Shown piece after piece: positions 62,001 through 64,000 of a stretch of DNA of 64,000 bases. The translations under genes and the position numbers were made by a program. The notes beneath the pieces are model-generated. The model searched no databases. It was not told where the DNA came from and saw nothing but the letters and a program-made list of their open reading frames with translations. The stretch's first letter is position 1. Every line of letters begins with the position of its first letter. Origin of the DNA: Fimicolochytrium jonesii (taxonomy: Eukaryota); the NCBI RefSeq assembly GCF_025526975.1, contig NW_026515679.1, forward strand, positions 62,001-126,000. The letters are read 5' to 3'.

Positions 62001-63981
62001 GAACCGGACCGCGAGGGAAGGCTTGCATCGATTCGTTGCAGCAAATTGCAGGAGACATGCGTCGTCGTCGTCTCCCCAGCACGCCAGATAATAGGTGTAC
62101 ATCAACGACAGTTGGGCGTTGGTTGGAAACTGGGAAAGGGCTTCTTCGAACACCAAGACCATAATCTTGCGACTGGTGTCCGTGATCTCGCAATCACGCA
62201 AGAACCTGCACACGATATCGGCGTCCGTTGCCGCGTTGAACACCACCGGGGGCAATTCGGCTTTACGGGACGCAGCGGCATGGTATTGTAAAATAGTAGC
62301 AGCGTCGGTGATGGGATCTTTCTTACCACCCAACGACAGTACGTCACTCGGGTCTTTCGGCGCATAAGGCTGCTCGATTGATTCCGCTCCCTGACGGAAT
62401 TGTTTGATCTTGTCGTAATCCGATATATTCGGCGCGGTGGCAGAATGGCGCAGTTTGCCACTACCTTTCTCCAGATTGTCAATATTAGCTCCGGCCGTTC
62501 GCATCATACCCCTGCTCTCAGCCCTATGGAGGCTTTGGGTGATGGAGTTTTGGCGGGTTGCTCGGATCCTTGGAGCACCCAGAGCGATCTTGTTCTCCTC
62601 GGCTTCGTTCATTTGCAGTTTCCTCTGTAATCTGGCCATCGTGCGAGCCGTTTTCATCTTCAGGGTGTACTCTGTAGCATACCAGCCCCCGGCTAGTCCA
62701 AACGGGACGCAGATGAAAATAAATGCGAGTCCGGCGTGGTTTTCTTGCGCTTGGACTGCTGCGGCTAGAGCAACGATGGACGACAGGAAGGACACGCTGA
62801 AGAGGGCGACCCGCATGTTGTTGACGTGCTTGTTGAAGTGGGGCATATATTGCAAGTAGGCCATAATGAGGGTCAGGTTGGCCAGTACCAGAACGACCAA
62901 CTTGCCGGGTGTGCCGATAAGAACGTCCACAAACACAATGACGACCTTGAATGAACATTCAAAAGTAAGTATGCTGCTCGTCCCTTTCATAACGCGAAAG
63001 GGATAACCTTCAAAACGAAGTAAAGGACGTCAAGCATTCCGTGAGCCTTCGCCGCCGGATTCCTCAAAGGAAAGGAGAACGTCAGATGAACCTCATCACA
63101 AGGGTCGCGCACCGCACCATCCTTCACTCACTTGCTATCAGGTCTGGGTATCACATAGATGTAGTTGATGAACAATCCAAACGGCAGGGTAAACGCAAGG
63201 CCGACGACCGAGAGGATGAAAATCGGGAGATGTTCCGGCGTGAAGCAGCGGTTGTCGGGGAAGTATTTGAGGTGGTGGCCGCCACCATCGATGTTAGACT
63301 CGCACACTGTCGTCAGGACAAAGATTTCCATGAACGGCATGAAGAGTGCAGTGGCGACGACTGTAGACAGTGCACGGAGGAGGATCAAGGGCCAGATCCA
63401 CTAATAGTCCAATTGATGTCAGGTGCTTTGAGTGCATCAATCCAAGTTCGCAATAGGAAATACCTGGAATCCTCCCCGATGCTGTGAATAGGCAGCGAAA
63501 ACACCCAGAGAGATCTGCAGCTTGTTTGTCATACATCCGGCGGCCTCGTCAAGAATCCGAAAAACTGTCGTGATCATACCGTAAGAGCGATGACACACAT
63601 CGATAGTCCGAAGAGGACTTGCAGAACCTTGTAGTTATGCTCAACAAAATTCAGCGGGTACATGATGCCGCGAACCACATTGGGCAGACCCCACACCGCC
63701 TCGGGATCCCAGGAGAACGAAATCATTTGAACGTCCTGTCATTCAAAATGCATGGATGCTTAGCACGACTGCATTCGCAAAGAGAAGCCATTCAATTACT
63801 TAGCTACCTCGACAACAATCATAAAGTATGCGAAGATGGATGAATGTTCGGCATCTTTGCACATCGTATATAAAAACGTGAATATTGTCTGCGCATCCGC
63901 CGTGAGTAAGTGTCTCGGCCAATAAACAAACCGGTGATGACGAAATAATCGCAGAACGCATACCTTCTCGAAATGAGACAT
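59035..63981 (-). CDS. TmcB/TmcC-like multi-pass membrane protein with TPR-like helical region; multi-exon, may start outside the window
   Basis: N-terminal TM block (TIFTFLYTMCK, VEDFQ, LSTVVATALFMPF, C..FP..CF..EHL, YMPHFN..VNNMRV), then EALSQFP, FWAALR, YEKLIKRYPKSKQILRLYAKYL, further TM pairs and the terminal TLIFWIPPE. Confidence 0.72.
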
Positions 63982-64000
63982 GCGCAACCCCTTTTCGTAG

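Overview
Eukaryotic, gene-dense genomic DNA with many short (mostly ~50-90 nt) GT-AG introns, so the six-frame ORF track splits most genes into pieces. Gene content (eisosome Pil1/Lsp1, Pho85-type cyclin, DUF1752 motif, CEP350-like centriolar protein, TmcB/C-like protein) points to a zoosporic fungus, probably a chytrid (inference). About 20 protein-coding genes can be rebuilt by splicing by eye: HBS1/SKI7 (5'-partial), a class-3 lipase, CPSF2/CFT2, acyl-protein thioesterase, PAC2, an ABHD12-like hydrolase, GPAT3/4, a YCII protein, Pil1/Lsp1, CSF1/BLTP1, XRCC3/RAD57, MscL, CEP350-like, UBP12/USP4-15, a coiled-coil protein, a Pcl5/Clg1-like cyclin, a TmcB/C-like protein and two orphans. There is also one near-intact IS630-Tc1-mariner transposon (DD98E, Sailor-like). 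The most notable observations are: a frame-preserving Ski7-type cassette exon in HBS1; a retrotransposon Gag-like domain spliced onto a lipase; GPAT fused to a DUF1752 motif; Pil1 carrying a UBZ4 zinc finger; an intron-containing MscL; and a TAC(A/T)GTA motif that recurs in non-coding DNA. All family assignments come from motif recognition, not from database searches.
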